Source of the DNA: Candidatus Bathyarchaeota archaeon
GTDB lineage: Archaea; Thermoproteota; Bathyarchaeia; Bathyarchaeales; Bathycorpusculaceae
NCBI GenBank assembly: GCA_963775685.1
Contig: CAVZJV010000014.1
Coordinates: forward strand, 256,001 to 320,000
Direction: 5' to 3'
Length of the DNA: 64,000 bases
Part shown: piece after piece, positions 1 through 10,206 of the stretch
Position numbering within the stretch: the stretch's first letter is position 1
Layout: each line of letters opens with the position of its first letter
Translations under genes and position numbers: made by a program
Notes under the pieces: generated by a model
The model's input: only the letters and a program-made list of their open reading frames with translations
Databases searched by the model: none
What the model was told of the DNA's origin: nothing

Positions 1-459
1 GTGTTTTCTCGGGTCTTTATCGTAAACTCCGTTTTGGTCAGTTCCTTTTACTAGTAAATCCGCGTTGACACGTTCAGCAACCAAGGTAGCAACTGCATCT
101 GTAGTAATTCCTGGCTTCAAACCACCCATGACCACGATTTTTCCCTCGCCAAGATACATAGCTGCTTCATCAAGCGTTACTGCGACTTTGTTGCAGCCAG
201 CATTGCCGAGTTTTTTGAGGAAAAGCTGCGCGAAAAGCCGTGAACATGAAATCGCAATGTCATCCTGGTCCACCATGTCTAAACCTAAATTGCTGGCGAT
301 ACAGATAAATTCCCTCGCCAAAGCGCCACCACCTAAAACCACGGCAACCTCATGTCCCAGTTGCTTGACAGTTTTGATTATTTCCGCATATTTACTCATT
401 AAGTCGGTGTTGACTGGTGATGCAACCACTGAACCGCCAATTCGGATAACTAAACGCAT
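1..459 (-). CDS. pyrH: UMP kinase (5' part; runs off the window edge)
   Basis: Manual translation from ATG at 459: MRLVIRIGGSVVASPVNTDLMSKY...VAVVLGGGALAREFI...VVMGGLKPGITTDAVA, archaeal PyrH amino-acid-kinase motifs. Confidence 0.88.
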   Translation of the reverse strand, partial: MRLVIRIGGSVVASPVNTDLMSKYAEIIKTVKQLGHEVAVVLGGGALAREFICIASNLGLDMVDQDDIAISCSRLFAQLFLKKLGNAGCNKVAVTLDEAAMYLGEGKIVVMGGLKPGITTDAVATLVAERVNADLLVKGTDQNGVYDKDPRKH

Positions 460-554
460 ACTTGATCTTCCTTGTTGGCTAACAATACAGTTTAGGGTTA
501 AAAATCTTTAATATCCCAACAGCAGTTAAAGCAAGGATAAGGAAAGAAACAGGG

Positions 555-1478
555 ATGGTTTTCACTGAAACATTCACCATAGAACCGTTGGCGCCTTTCA
601 ACTTTGATTTAACCGCGCAAATCTTCAGCAACGGCGACAGTCAAATCCGCTCCTACGCAAACGGCGTGTTCCACCAAGTTCTAAAAGTTGATGACACCCT
701 TGTTTTGGTAAAAATAACCTCCAGCGGAATAATTGAAAAACCAAAAATAAAGGTTGAACTAAAATCAAACAGCCAAATAAACCCCCAAGATAAACAGAAA
801 ACCAAAGAAGCAATAGATTTTATCTTTAACTTGAACTTCAACCTCTGCAGTTTCTATAAGGACATTGAAAATGATCCTGTAATTCACCAAATAAGCCAGA
901 AACTGTACGGATTAAAAAACCCCACAACCTCAACCGTCTTTGAATCACTTGTGGACTCTATTGTGGAGCAACAAATCTCCATAAAAGTTGCACACACAAT
1001 CGAGCAGCGGTTAACAAAAAAATTCGGTGCCCCCCTCCAAATAGAAGGCAACACCTCCTTTGCTTATCCAGCACCCCAAAATATCGCTGTCCTATGCCTA
1101 AGCGACATCCAGCAGGTTGGGTTAAGCATGCGTAAAGCAGAGTACATTCATGGGGTAGCAAAGCTAATTGCCGACGGGAAGTTGGATCTTGAGGCTATGA
1201 AAAACCAGAAAAATCATAAGCGAATCATTGCTGAATTGGACGAAATTAAAGGCATAGGTGTCTGGACAGCGGAACTTACCATGCTGCGGGGAATGCAAAT
1301 GTTGGATGCTTTGCCCGCGGACGATTTTGGAATTAGGCGTGTGATTTCTAGGTATTATTACGGTGGAAAGCCGATTAAAACAGAGGAAGTACGTCAGATC
1401 GCCACATCTTGGGGAAAATGGAAGGGGTTGGCAGCTTTTTACCTGATTATCGCGGAAGTCAAAGGCATAGTGGTTTAG
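555..1478 (+). CDS. alkA: DNA-3-methyladenine glycosylase II (AlkA family, HhH-GPD)
   Basis: IVEQQIS, HhH motif IKGIGVWTAE, and PADDFGIRR with the catalytic Asp. Confidence 0.9.
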   Translation: MVFTETFTIEPLAPFNFDLTAQIFSNGDSQIRSYANGVFHQVLKVDDTLVLVKITSSGIIEKPKIKVELKSNSQINPQDKQKTKEAIDFIFNLNFNLCSFYKDIENDPVIHQISQKLYGLKNPTTSTVFESLVDSIVEQQISIKVAHTIEQRLTKKFGAPLQIEGNTSFAYPAPQNIAVLCLSDIQQVGLSMRKAEYIHGVAKLIADGKLDLEAMKNQKNHKRIIAELDEIKGIGVWTAELTMLRGMQMLDALPADDFGIRRVISRYYYGGKPIKTEEVRQIATSWGKWKGLAAFYLIIAEVKGIVV

Positions 1479-2305
1479 CTTGTTAAGCGTTTCTTCATTA
1501 AGTTAATGCTTAGGATAAAGAAGAATAGCGTAACGACAATTATCCAGACGAAACTGATCAGGATTAGAACAGCTGGAGTTAAGCCAAGTATGGGTTCTAG
1601 GTGCCCTGAAACAAGGCCTCTTGTAATGTTTACAATATGCGTCAGCGGCAAAACCAAGGCTGCTCCTTGAGCGGCAATTGGTAGCGAGGTTAAGGGGAAG
1701 AATGTGCCGCATAAAAAGAACATCGGCGTCAAAAACAAAAACGAAGGAAAATTAAAAAAGTCAATGTTTGGCGCAACTGACGTGAAGCACATTGCTATGG
1801 ATGCAAACATGAGTCCTCCAAAAAAAGCAAGTGGAATTACCAACAAGAACAGTGGGCTGGAAATTAAGCCGAAAGCTGCAACTACCGCCAAAACAATTAT
1901 TGTGTTGATGGTTGCCCTTGTGGCTCCCCAAAGCAGTTCTCCAGTCACAACCTCTTCAACGCTGACAGGTGTGGCGACGATGGCGTCAAATGTCTTTTGG
2001 AAGTACATGCGTACAAACGAGGCAAAAGTGCATTCAAAAAATGATCCGTTCATGATGGAAATCGCCACAAGTGCAGGCGCTATAAACGCGATGTAAGATT
2101 CTCCCTGTATGCTTGGGATAAATCCTCCCAAGCCAAAGCCGAAAGCTAAAAGGTAGAGGATGGGTTCAAGCAGGGATGGTAGAAAGTTAACTTTTATAGT
2201 TTTTGTGAATACGTCAAAGTTGCGTCGCCAAACCTTCCAAACCCTGTATGTCAATTTAGGCATGATGAAACGGGCTGGTGACTTGTGAAGGTTAGGTTCA
2301 CTCAT
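1475..2305 (-). CDS. ABC-2 type exporter permease (NodJ-like)
   Basis: Six hydrophobic segments, LLEPILYLLAFGFGLG, PMFFLCGTFFP; overlaps the ATPase gene by 4 nt. Confidence 0.88.
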   Translation of the reverse strand: MSEPNLHKSPARFIMPKLTYRVWKVWRRNFDVFTKTIKVNFLPSLLEPILYLLAFGFGLGGFIPSIQGESYIAFIAPALVAISIMNGSFFECTFASFVRMYFQKTFDAIVATPVSVEEVVTGELLWGATRATINTIIVLAVVAAFGLISSPLFLLVIPLAFFGGLMFASIAMCFTSVAPNIDFFNFPSFLFLTPMFFLCGTFFPLTSLPIAAQGAALVLPLTHIVNITRGLVSGHLEPILGLTPAVLILISFVWIIVVTLFFFILSINLMKKRLTS

Positions 2306-3228
2306 TCTTCCCGCAATCCTCTTCCAGTCAATTTAAGGAAAACGTCTTCAAGGTTGGCTTTGCGGATAGTGACATTTTGTATAGGATGTTCTTGTAGAAA
2401 CCCTTCGAAAACTCCGTGAGGTTTTTCAGTGAAGATTTGCATGCGGTCGCTAAGTTTCTCTATGCGTGCATCGGGGAAGGCTTTTTGGATTGTTGACAAG
2501 AGTTTTTCGTTGTAGTCGAGTTCCAAGACGTCTTCGCCTATATGCTTCTTAACGAGTTCAGCGGGCTTGCCGTCTTCGATGATTTTTCCTTTGTCTACTA
2601 TCAGGATTCTGTCGCAGAGGACTTCTGCCTCATCCATGTAATGCGTTGTCAAAATGATTGTAACCTGCTTCTTTTTGAGATGCCTAACTTCATCCCATAC
2701 CAGATGTCTAGCCTGTGGATCCAACCCTGTTGTAGGCTCATCAAGAAGGAGAATTTGGGGTTGATTCAAAAGTGCCCTGGCAAAAATCAGCCGGCGTTTC
2801 ATACCAGTGGACAACGCCATAATGGGGACTTCCTTTTTTTCTTCTAGCTGGAAAAACTTAATTTGGTCGTTGGCTCTTTTTAGGGCTTCATCTTTTGGTA
2901 TGTCAAAATACCGTGCATAAACGGTAAGGTTCTTGATGGTTGAAAAATCTGGGTCTAAATTATCTTCTTGCGGTGCCACACCCACGATGCTCTTTATTTC
3001 TCGGCATTTTGTATGCACGCTTAAGCCAACAATATCTAGTTCTCCCTGAGTTGGAGGCAAAAAACAATAAATCATCCGAACTGTAGTGGTTTTTCCGGCG
3101 CCGTTGGGACCCAAAAAACCCACGCATTCACCTTTGTAAACCCTAAAGTCGATGTGGTCAACGGCAGTAAAATCGTCGAATTTCTTGGTTAAACTTTTGG
3201 CTTCAATGACAATTTCAGGGGAATCCAT
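2302..3228 (-). CDS. ABC exporter ATP-binding protein (NodI/DrrA-like)
   Basis: Walker A GPNGAGKTT, signature LSTGMKRR, Walker B LLLDEPT, C-terminal LEDVFLKLTG. Confidence 0.92.
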   Translation of the reverse strand: MDSPEIVIEAKSLTKKFDDFTAVDHIDFRVYKGECVGFLGPNGAGKTTTVRMIYCFLPPTQGELDIVGLSVHTKCREIKSIVGVAPQEDNLDPDFSTIKNLTVYARYFDIPKDEALKRANDQIKFFQLEEKKEVPIMALSTGMKRRLIFARALLNQPQILLLDEPTTGLDPQARHLVWDEVRHLKKKQVTIILTTHYMDEAEVLCDRILIVDKGKIIEDGKPAELVKKHIGEDVLELDYNEKLLSTIQKAFPDARIEKLSDRMQIFTEKPHGVFEGFLQEHPIQNVTIRKANLEDVFLKLTGRGLREE

Positions 3229-3267
3229 ACATAATCACAGATAGATTTGCAACCGTAAAACTTAAAA

Positions 3268-3492
3268 CTATTTCAGGTTTTTCCTGAGATGTACTGGCAA
3301 TAGCCCAAATTGATGGGACCTTGCTTTGGTAGTTTCGCATGGAAACTCGAGGCATTCAAAACATGGCTCTGCACCCTTTGTGTGTGCGAAGTTGCAGATT
3401 TTACAGAATTTGTTTTCCCTTGCAACAAACCAACACTGCCGTTTGGCACTTGCCGTTTTGCATTCTGGGGAATTTCTCGCAGGCAATTTCAC
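3268..3492 (-). pseudogene. Degraded small Cys-rich protein (DUF3795-like)
   Basis: C-x2-C...CFECLEFPCE motif with no clean start and apparent frameshifts at both ends. Confidence 0.4.
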
Positions 3493-3736
3493 AACCCCGA
3501 TCTTTATGTTTAGTCAGTCTGCAGTTGATTTTTTTTATATCCCCTTATATAAAGCAACATAGATTCAGCGTTAAGAAAACCTTTTCTCAAGGACCAATGC
3601 TTATCGGCTAAATTTGTTTGCTAAATTTTGTTTTTTCTGTTTGATTAGCTTTAATTTGCTGAAGCCTTCTTGCTGGACGAACACGCTTTTAAGCAAGCTG
3701 TACATATTTTTTTCAAGTCGATCGAGGTTTAGATGT

Positions 3737-4042
3737 TTGGGAAAGAAAAAAGTGTTAAGCGAAGGTGCAATCGGCGAATTAGTTTATCCTGGGCAAGGTG
3801 AAGTCTTAGGTGTAGTTATAAAACTGCTTGGTTTCGACCGAATACTGGTTAAATGTCAGGATGGAGCTGAACGTTTATGCCGTATCCGAGGCAAAATGAA
3901 GCGTCGAGTCTGGATTCGAGAAGGCGACATAGTCATCGTTTCCCCTTGGGATTTTCAGACAGATACACGTGGCGACGTGGTTTGGCGCTATACGCATTCG
4001 CAATCTGATACGCTTAGACGCAAGGGTCTCTTAACTCTATAA
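3737..4042 (+). CDS. eif1a: Translation initiation factor aIF-1A
   Basis: LCRIRGKMKRRVWIREGDIVIVSPWDFQ; TTG start at 3737 after GAGG; first gene of the conserved eIF1A-rio1-KH cluster. Confidence 0.95.
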   Translation: MGKKKVLSEGAIGELVYPGQGEVLGVVIKLLGFDRILVKCQDGAERLCRIRGKMKRRVWIREGDIVIVSPWDFQTDTRGDVVWRYTHSQSDTLRRKGLLTL

Positions 4043-4221
4043 TTCAATTTTTACTTCCATTTTTGCTATTTCTACTGATTTTTAAAATATTAAGGTCCTG
4101 AAAAATCGCCAATAAGACCTGCCCCTCTTTGGTATTCGAGCAAATGTTATAGACTCCGTTTCAAAGTGGTTTTCTGCTCGACTGGTTTTAATACCCAAAA
4201 GCCGTAAGCATCCTTGATATT

Positions 4222-5007
4222 ATGTCACGAAAAGCCCAAGAACGTATTGCCCATACTGAGAGAAGAATTGAACGAAGAGACAAAATGCTAACCCACGACA
4301 AATCCAAGGAACGTGCAACAGTCGAAGAAGTTTTCGACCAAACCACACGTATGGTGGTTTTTGACATGCTTAATAGCGGCATTTTCTATGAGCTTAATGG
4401 TGCTGTGAGTTCAGGAAAAGAAGCGAAAGTGTACTGGGGCACAACCAAAGAAGGCGTCGACTTGGCGGTAAAGATTTACTTAACGTCTTCTGCCGAGTTC
4501 AAGAAGGGCATGCACAAATACATAGAAGGTGATCCCCGCTTCAAAGATGTCAAGCACGATACCCGCTCATTGATGACAGTTTGGGCACAAAAGGAGTTTC
4601 GCAATTTAGGTGAAGCTGACAACGCAAAGGTGCGCGTACCAAAACCCATTGCCGTCAAAAGCAACGTCGTAGTTATGGAGTTTATTGGAAAAAAAGGTGT
4701 TAGCGCACCATCGCTCAAAGAAAAGCCACCAGCCAACCCTGAGAAAGTTTACAAAATAATAGTTACCTATATCAAACGGCTCTACCAAAAAGCCAAAATT
4801 GTCCATGGCGACCTAAGCGAATACAACATTATGATGTGGAAAGGTAAACCGGTAGTTTTTGATGTTTCTCAGTCCGTTTCGATTCAGCATCCCCTGGCCG
4901 ACTTTATGTTGCGCCGGGATTTAGAGAATGTAAATAGGTTCTTTAAGCGGTTAGACGTTGATGTTTATCCAGTTGAAGAATTATACAAGAAGGTTGTTGG
5001 TAAATAA
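4222..5007 (+). CDS. rio1: Rio1 serine protein kinase
   Basis: SSGKEAKVY, AVKIY, HGDLSEYNI, FDVSQ. Confidence 0.95.
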   Translation: MSRKAQERIAHTERRIERRDKMLTHDKSKERATVEEVFDQTTRMVVFDMLNSGIFYELNGAVSSGKEAKVYWGTTKEGVDLAVKIYLTSSAEFKKGMHKYIEGDPRFKDVKHDTRSLMTVWAQKEFRNLGEADNAKVRVPKPIAVKSNVVVMEFIGKKGVSAPSLKEKPPANPEKVYKIIVTYIKRLYQKAKIVHGDLSEYNIMMWKGKPVVFDVSQSVSIQHPLADFMLRRDLENVNRFFKRLDVDVYPVEELYKKVVGK

Positions 5008-5585
5008 TGCCTGGTTCAGATACATTTGTAAAGGTTCCTAAAGAACGCGTCGGTATACTAATCGGTCCGGAAGGTAAAGTAAAACAGGAAATAGAAACAA
5101 AACTAAACGTCAAACTCGACATCGACAAAGAAGGTAGCGTCACCATAACGCTTCCAGAAAACATACCTGACCCCTCAGTGTTCCTAAGAGCCAAAGACAT
5201 AGTCACAGCAATAGGTAGAGGATTCATGCCAGAAACCGCGTTCCGTCTCATCCACAATGAAGACGACATCTTTGACATGATAGATCTGCGCTTGATTTTT
5301 GGGCGTTCCGAATCAGACATTAAACGTGTAAAGAGCAGAATCATCGGTACTGACGGAAAAACTAGAAAACTCATCGAGGAATTAACCGAAGCTGATGTTG
5401 TTATTTACGGCCACACAATTGGAATTATCGGCAGTTTTGAGGAAGCCGATGCCGCACGCAATGCAGTGCAAATGATTGTCGAGGGTTGCCAACACCATAC
5501 CGTTTACAGTTACTTGCAGAAAAAACGCACAGAACTAAAGAAGCAAAAGCTAGAGTTATGGGAAAAACCGCCAGAAGAAAAATAA
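5007..5585 (+). CDS. KH-domain RNA-processing protein (Dim2/Pno1)
   Basis: Two KH motifs (GILIGPEG, RIIGTDGKTR), AIGRGF; translationally coupled to rio1. Confidence 0.92.
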   Translation: MPGSDTFVKVPKERVGILIGPEGKVKQEIETKLNVKLDIDKEGSVTITLPENIPDPSVFLRAKDIVTAIGRGFMPETAFRLIHNEDDIFDMIDLRLIFGRSESDIKRVKSRIIGTDGKTRKLIEELTEADVVIYGHTIGIIGSFEEADAARNAVQMIVEGCQHHTVYSYLQKKRTELKKQKLELWEKPPEEK

Positions 5586-5606
5586 TTTTTCCTTTTTTTG
5601 TTTAGA

Positions 5607-5939
5607 CTATGCCCAACGGAATGGCCACTCTGAACGTTGAAAAAGCTCTGTTGAAAACACCTTGTAATTTTTGATTTGCGGCGGTTTGCTGATTAAATCT
5701 TGAACTTTTTTGACTGCTTGAGTAAACACATCTTTCTCTGACCTATCTAATGCTTCTTGGTCTATCCAAAGCGTTAGGATTGTTACCGTATTTGGGTCAT
5801 CATCAGCGACAAGCGAGATTGCACCGCGGAACCCTTCGGTTTGATGCGCCAAAGTGTTAAGGAGGAGGTCAAGTTCTGAAAAACCTTTTTCGCCTTTACT
5901 TTCCTTAAAATGCCAGACAGTCATTCTTGCTAAAACCAA
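5607..5939 (-). CDS. Antibiotic-biosynthesis-monooxygenase-like dimeric alpha/beta barrel protein
   Basis: About 110 aa; pattern EGFRGAISL...TILTLW...EAL typical of the ABM family. Confidence 0.6.
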   Translation of the reverse strand: MVLARMTVWHFKESKGEKGFSELDLLLNTLAHQTEGFRGAISLVADDDPNTVTILTLWIDQEALDRSEKDVFTQAVKKVQDLISKPPQIKNYKVFSTELFQRSEWPFRWA

Positions 5940-6000
5940 AACAAATCACCACTAATAATTTGGAATTTCTTTCTTATATACCTTAAAATTGTTTGGTTGT

Positions 6001-6900
6001 TAGGTGGGCTCTTAGGCATGCGCCTGAAAAATTCCAAATGCATGATATTTAAAAGATTTAGTATTATTAATGGATTCTTCCGTTAACCTGATACAAGAAT
6101 AGATAACTTACTTAACACATTGCCTGAATCGAAACTCTCAGTAATTCTAGTAACTTCGATAGATTGTAAAGTAGTATCTCTTAGAAAGTGTTTTTCATCT
6201 TCCCTTCCCATATTTCTCAGGAAACTTGGGATATTTCTGCAATATACTGGTCCTTCATTAAACACTGCCCAAAATATCAAAATGTAAACGCTTAAAGTCA
6301 ATCTAATCGATAGAAAAACGGACTAAAAAAATGAATATTGAAAATTCAATACTGAAAAAAAATTAATGACTTGCACCTGGATGTTCAGTTTCATCTTTGG
6401 GCGGACATCGCTGAAGATGGTTTTTAGCTTCAGCAACACGAAGACTAAGTGGGGAATAATTGGCAAATTGGCGGAACTGTTTTTGAAAAAAATAACCCGA
6501 TCTTTATCTTTCAAGCTGTCCAAATTGCAATGGTTTAGTTAAATGAATATAGACAAAGGAAATTAAGTTTAGAAGAACCTAGATTAGTTAATGAATCGGA
6601 TTTCTAATTTTTTTTCGATCTTGAGAGTAAGATAAGCCTTAAATCTGAAAAAGCGGGAATTGGAAGAGGTAGGGACTCTGATGATTAAAAATTCAAGCAC
6701 TGAAATTATAGAACAAAATGAGAAACAAATTAAACTGAAATATGGTGTAGAAGTCTATAATTTATTCCATGGTCTTTCCTGCACTAAGTTAGATAAAGAA
6801 CAAGGATATTTCTTACTTACATTAATGGATAAACTTTTGACAGATAGATGATTTGATAAATTTCCAAGAGTTTCAGGTTTATTTCAGTAGGTGGGCTCTT
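6001..6900. repeat. 13-bp perfect direct repeat TAGGTGGGCTCTT (6001-6013 and 6888-6900) flanking an AT-rich segment
   Basis: Both copies read directly; the interval is AT-rich with only short unrecognisable ORFs. Confidence 0.7.
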
Positions 6901-7053
6901 CGAGGGTAATTTTGACTATTCAAGTACATACTTGAAAGTTATCATTTTTACCGTCTCTCACTCAAGATCCTCATCATCCTCTATGTCTTCGGGGCCAGAG
7001 TCGTCATCGCCCACCCGAACAGACAACGCCCAGCCAATCATTAAAACTTTGGG

Positions 7054-7623
7054 TTAAAGTTTGACGCTTATTTCTACGCCGTCTCCGCCCACTTGGATGT
7101 AGCGACTGCGGTACTTTCCAGAGTTACGGACATAATCCAAATAATCGTTCATCTGGTCGGCGAAAACGTCTGCGTTGTCAGCAAACACAACCGTACCCTT
7201 GCGCAACTTATCCTCGGCCAATTTGAGATACTGGAAATACTCGTTTTTTTCCGCATCAATGAAAGCAAAATCAATAGGTCCCTGCAATGTGGGAATAACT
7301 TCTAGGGCGTCGCCATTTATGATTTGGACTTTTGCAGGGATGTTTGCGCGGACGATGTTTTTGCCCGCTATCTCTGCTTCGTCTGTATGGATTTCGATGG
7401 TGACAATTTCGGTTTCCGCATCCATTTCTTTGCCCATCAGAATCGCTGAGTAACCAATCAGGGTGCCTATCTCCAACACACGATTCGGCTTGGCTTTACG
7501 TATTTCCTCTGCCAAAAACTTGCCTTTATGCGGACCGATAATTGGCAAAAAATTCTTCTCAGATGCCTTCTCGATTAACCGCAAAACCTCGTCAGCACTG
7601 CTCTCTGTTGTTTGGGCCTTCAT
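7054..7623 (-). CDS. SAM-dependent O-methyltransferase (Methyltransf_3/YrrM-like)
   Basis: VLEIGTLIGYSA, FAFIDAEK, VFADN. Confidence 0.9.
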   Translation of the reverse strand: MKAQTTESSADEVLRLIEKASEKNFLPIIGPHKGKFLAEEIRKAKPNRVLEIGTLIGYSAILMGKEMDAETEIVTIEIHTDEAEIAGKNIVRANIPAKVQIINGDALEVIPTLQGPIDFAFIDAEKNEYFQYLKLAEDKLRKGTVVFADNADVFADQMNDYLDYVRNSGKYRSRYIQVGGDGVEISVKL

Positions 7624-8183
7624 AGGGGCACCTTGATTTTGTCTAAAAACCTATGCTGCAACTTTGCGATTTTGGGGGCAATGACAGCTTGGCAGTAGGG
7701 TTCTTTGGGGTGTTTTTTGTAGTAGTCTTTGTGGTATGTTTCGGCGTTGTAGAACGCTTTAAGTGGGACGACTTCGGTTAAGATGGGGTTGTTCCATATT
7801 CCTTCTTTGTTGAGTTCGTCGATTAGTTTTTCGGCTGTTTCTTTCTCCTCAGGAGTGTGGTAAAAAATAGCGGAGCGGTACTGGGTTCCAACGTCAGCGC
7901 CTTGACGGTTAAGCGATGTGGGGTCATGCATGGTGAAGAAAATCTCCAAAATCTCCTTGTAACTGACCACTTTGGGGTCAAAATAAATCTGTGCAGCTTC
8001 AGCATGCCTAGTTGTGCCTGTTGAAACTTCCTCGTATGATGGGTTAGGCACTGTGCCGCCTGTGTAGCCAGGTTCAATTCGCTCCACACCCTTAATGATG
8101 CTAAACGCCGCTTCAGTGCACCAAAAACAGCCGCCTGCAAGCGTTGCTATTTCCAAGTTTTTGTTTTCGATGGTTTGACTCAT
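7620..8183 (-). CDS. msrA: Peptide-methionine (S)-S-oxide reductase
   Basis: GGCFWC active site, HDPTSLNRQGADVGTQYRS, AETYH; likely start MSQTIE at 8183. Confidence 0.96.
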   Translation of the reverse strand: MSQTIENKNLEIATLAGGCFWCTEAAFSIIKGVERIEPGYTGGTVPNPSYEEVSTGTTRHAEAAQIYFDPKVVSYKEILEIFFTMHDPTSLNRQGADVGTQYRSAIFYHTPEEKETAEKLIDELNKEGIWNNPILTEVVPLKAFYNAETYHKDYYKKHPKEPYCQAVIAPKIAKLQHRFLDKIKVPL

Positions 8184-8326
8184 AAAAAACAGCTCTATAC
8201 TGTCTAATGCTTGGTATCTTTGGGAACTTAAAGGGTTGTGGCTGTCACAATACAGCAACTAGGCTAACATAAACAATTTTACTTCCCAAGCCTTTATTTT
8301 ACTGGAATTCTCTCGCGTGGATTAAC

Positions 8327-9325
8327 ATGGAAAACCCTGACGACATCTTAAATAAGATTAAGGTCACCCCATTAGCAGCAGAAAGCTTTGGCGTTCGTTC
8401 CATGTGCACACTCGTGGAAACACCTGATGTAAACATGCTTTTGGATGGAGGAATCTCGCTTGCTCCCTACCGTTTCAGCCTGCCGCCACACCCCCTCGAA
8501 TTCCAAACAATCGCCAGCCTGCGGAAAACTATAGCTGAAGCCTCCGAAAAAGCCACGGTGACCACGATTAGTCATTACCATTTCGACCACCACACACCCT
8601 CCTTTGAAGACTGGGTCGTAAACTGGACCGAAGACGGCGAAACCGCACGGCAAATCTACCAAGACAAAACGGTTCTTGCCAAGAACCCCAAGGAAAACAT
8701 CAACGCAAGCCAACGACAACGCGCATGGATGTTTGGGAAAACAGGCGGAAAACACGCTAAAGTGGTGGAAGCGGCGGATGGTAAAACATTCAATTTTGGA
8801 AAGACTTGTCTGAGGTTTTCTGAAGCGGTTGCTCATGGTTCTGAGGATTCAATGTTAGGCTGGGTTTTAATGGCAACTGTGGAGCATGAAGAAGAGCGGT
8901 TCATGTTTGCACCCGATGTTCAAGGACCAATGGCTAATCATACGTTGCAGTTGATTTTGGATGAGAAGCCCTTTGCGATTATGCTAGGTGGTCCGCCGCT
9001 TTATCTTGGGGGTTTCCGCGTTGAGTTGGCGCAGTTGGACCAGGGGCTTAGGAATCTGGAGCGGATTGTTGAGGCGGTGCCCACGGTGATTTTGGAGCAT
9101 CATGCGCTAAGAGATGAATCTTGGAGATCCAAAATGGATATGGTTTTCCAGAAAGCTTCCCAGATAGACCACCATATCTTAACAGCAGCCGAATACTCAG
9201 GCAAAGAAAACCTATTCTTAGAATCAAAGCGAAAACAACTCTACCGCGACCATCCACCATCCACCGCATTCAAGCAATGGACCAAAACACTCAATAACAA
9301 AAAAATTGCAAAACCACCCCTATAA
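8327..9325 (+). CDS. Metallo-beta-lactamase-fold hydrolase (UPF0282-like)
   Basis: AAESFGVRSMC, SHYHFDHH, DVQGP, LEHHALRD. Confidence 0.85.
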   Translation: MENPDDILNKIKVTPLAAESFGVRSMCTLVETPDVNMLLDGGISLAPYRFSLPPHPLEFQTIASLRKTIAEASEKATVTTISHYHFDHHTPSFEDWVVNWTEDGETARQIYQDKTVLAKNPKENINASQRQRAWMFGKTGGKHAKVVEAADGKTFNFGKTCLRFSEAVAHGSEDSMLGWVLMATVEHEEERFMFAPDVQGPMANHTLQLILDEKPFAIMLGGPPLYLGGFRVELAQLDQGLRNLERIVEAVPTVILEHHALRDESWRSKMDMVFQKASQIDHHILTAAEYSGKENLFLESKRKQLYRDHPPSTAFKQWTKTLNNKKIAKPPL

Positions 9326-9335
9326 GAGGAATAAA

Positions 9336-10046
9336 TTGATTGACCTGAACTTAGCCGCCTTCTCTGCAGCATTCCTGCTCGTTGTTCTTGCCGAGATGGG
9401 CGACAAAACTCAGTTTGTAGCCATGACCTTCGCCACGAAATTCAACCCCCCCAAAGTGCTCTTTGCAATTTTCATAGTAACAGTTGCCAACTTTGCTATA
9501 GTCATCGTAATTGGCCAACTGTTAACTGAAGTTGTACCCATAGAAGCAATCTCTCTAGTGGCTTCAATCGCTTTTATTGGCTTTGGAATATGGACTGTGC
9601 GTGAAGAAAAAGCCGTAGAAGACAGTGTTAAGGTTTCACGTTTTGGTGTAATCGCAACTGTGGGTATTGCTTTCTTTCTTGCGGAATTAGGGGACAAAAC
9701 CCAGCTTGCAACTTTAAGTTTAGCTGTTCAATATCATAGTCCTGTCAGCGTACTGGTTGGTGCAACTTTGGCGATGCTTGTCGCAGACGGCATAGGTATC
9801 GTCATCGGTGTTGTCTTTTGTAGGCGGATTCCACGGCACAAACTAAAATGGTTATCTGCCGTAATTTTTGTGCTATTTGGTTTAGTTGGCGTTTTCGAGG
9901 TTTTATTGGTAAGGGTTGGGTTAGAATACACAGCTTTAGTTTTGGGGTTGCTGGTTGCAATTTCAGGATGCACAATGTACAGTCTTTCTAAGAAGCAAAA
10001 ACCACTCGAATACCCCCTATTGTGCAAAAAATCAGCTTTATCTTGA
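9336..10046 (+). CDS. TMEM165/GDT1 (UPF0016) Ca2+/Mn2+ transporter
   Basis: Two E-x-G-D-K-T-Q motifs (AEMGDKTQ, AELGDKTQ); TTG start at 9336 after GAGG. Confidence 0.92.
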   Translation: MIDLNLAAFSAAFLLVVLAEMGDKTQFVAMTFATKFNPPKVLFAIFIVTVANFAIVIVIGQLLTEVVPIEAISLVASIAFIGFGIWTVREEKAVEDSVKVSRFGVIATVGIAFFLAELGDKTQLATLSLAVQYHSPVSVLVGATLAMLVADGIGIVIGVVFCRRIPRHKLKWLSAVIFVLFGLVGVFEVLLVRVGLEYTALVLGLLVAISGCTMYSLSKKQKPLEYPLLCKKSALS

Positions 10047-10206
10047 CATTTTCCAAATTTATGAATAGCTTGGGCTAATTGAAGCATGGTTAAGATTTTC
10101 TTGGTCGAAAGATGACAACTTGTTGCTGTGTTCACGCTATAACCAGTCTTAAATCTCGTCACGCACCCAACCTCTTATTTAACGTGGTTTTTTTGGAGGT
10201 GAAGAT

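Noticed and set aside
65-511. 148-aa plus-strand ORF
   Set aside because: Antisense shadow of pyrH, which reads clearly on the minus strand.
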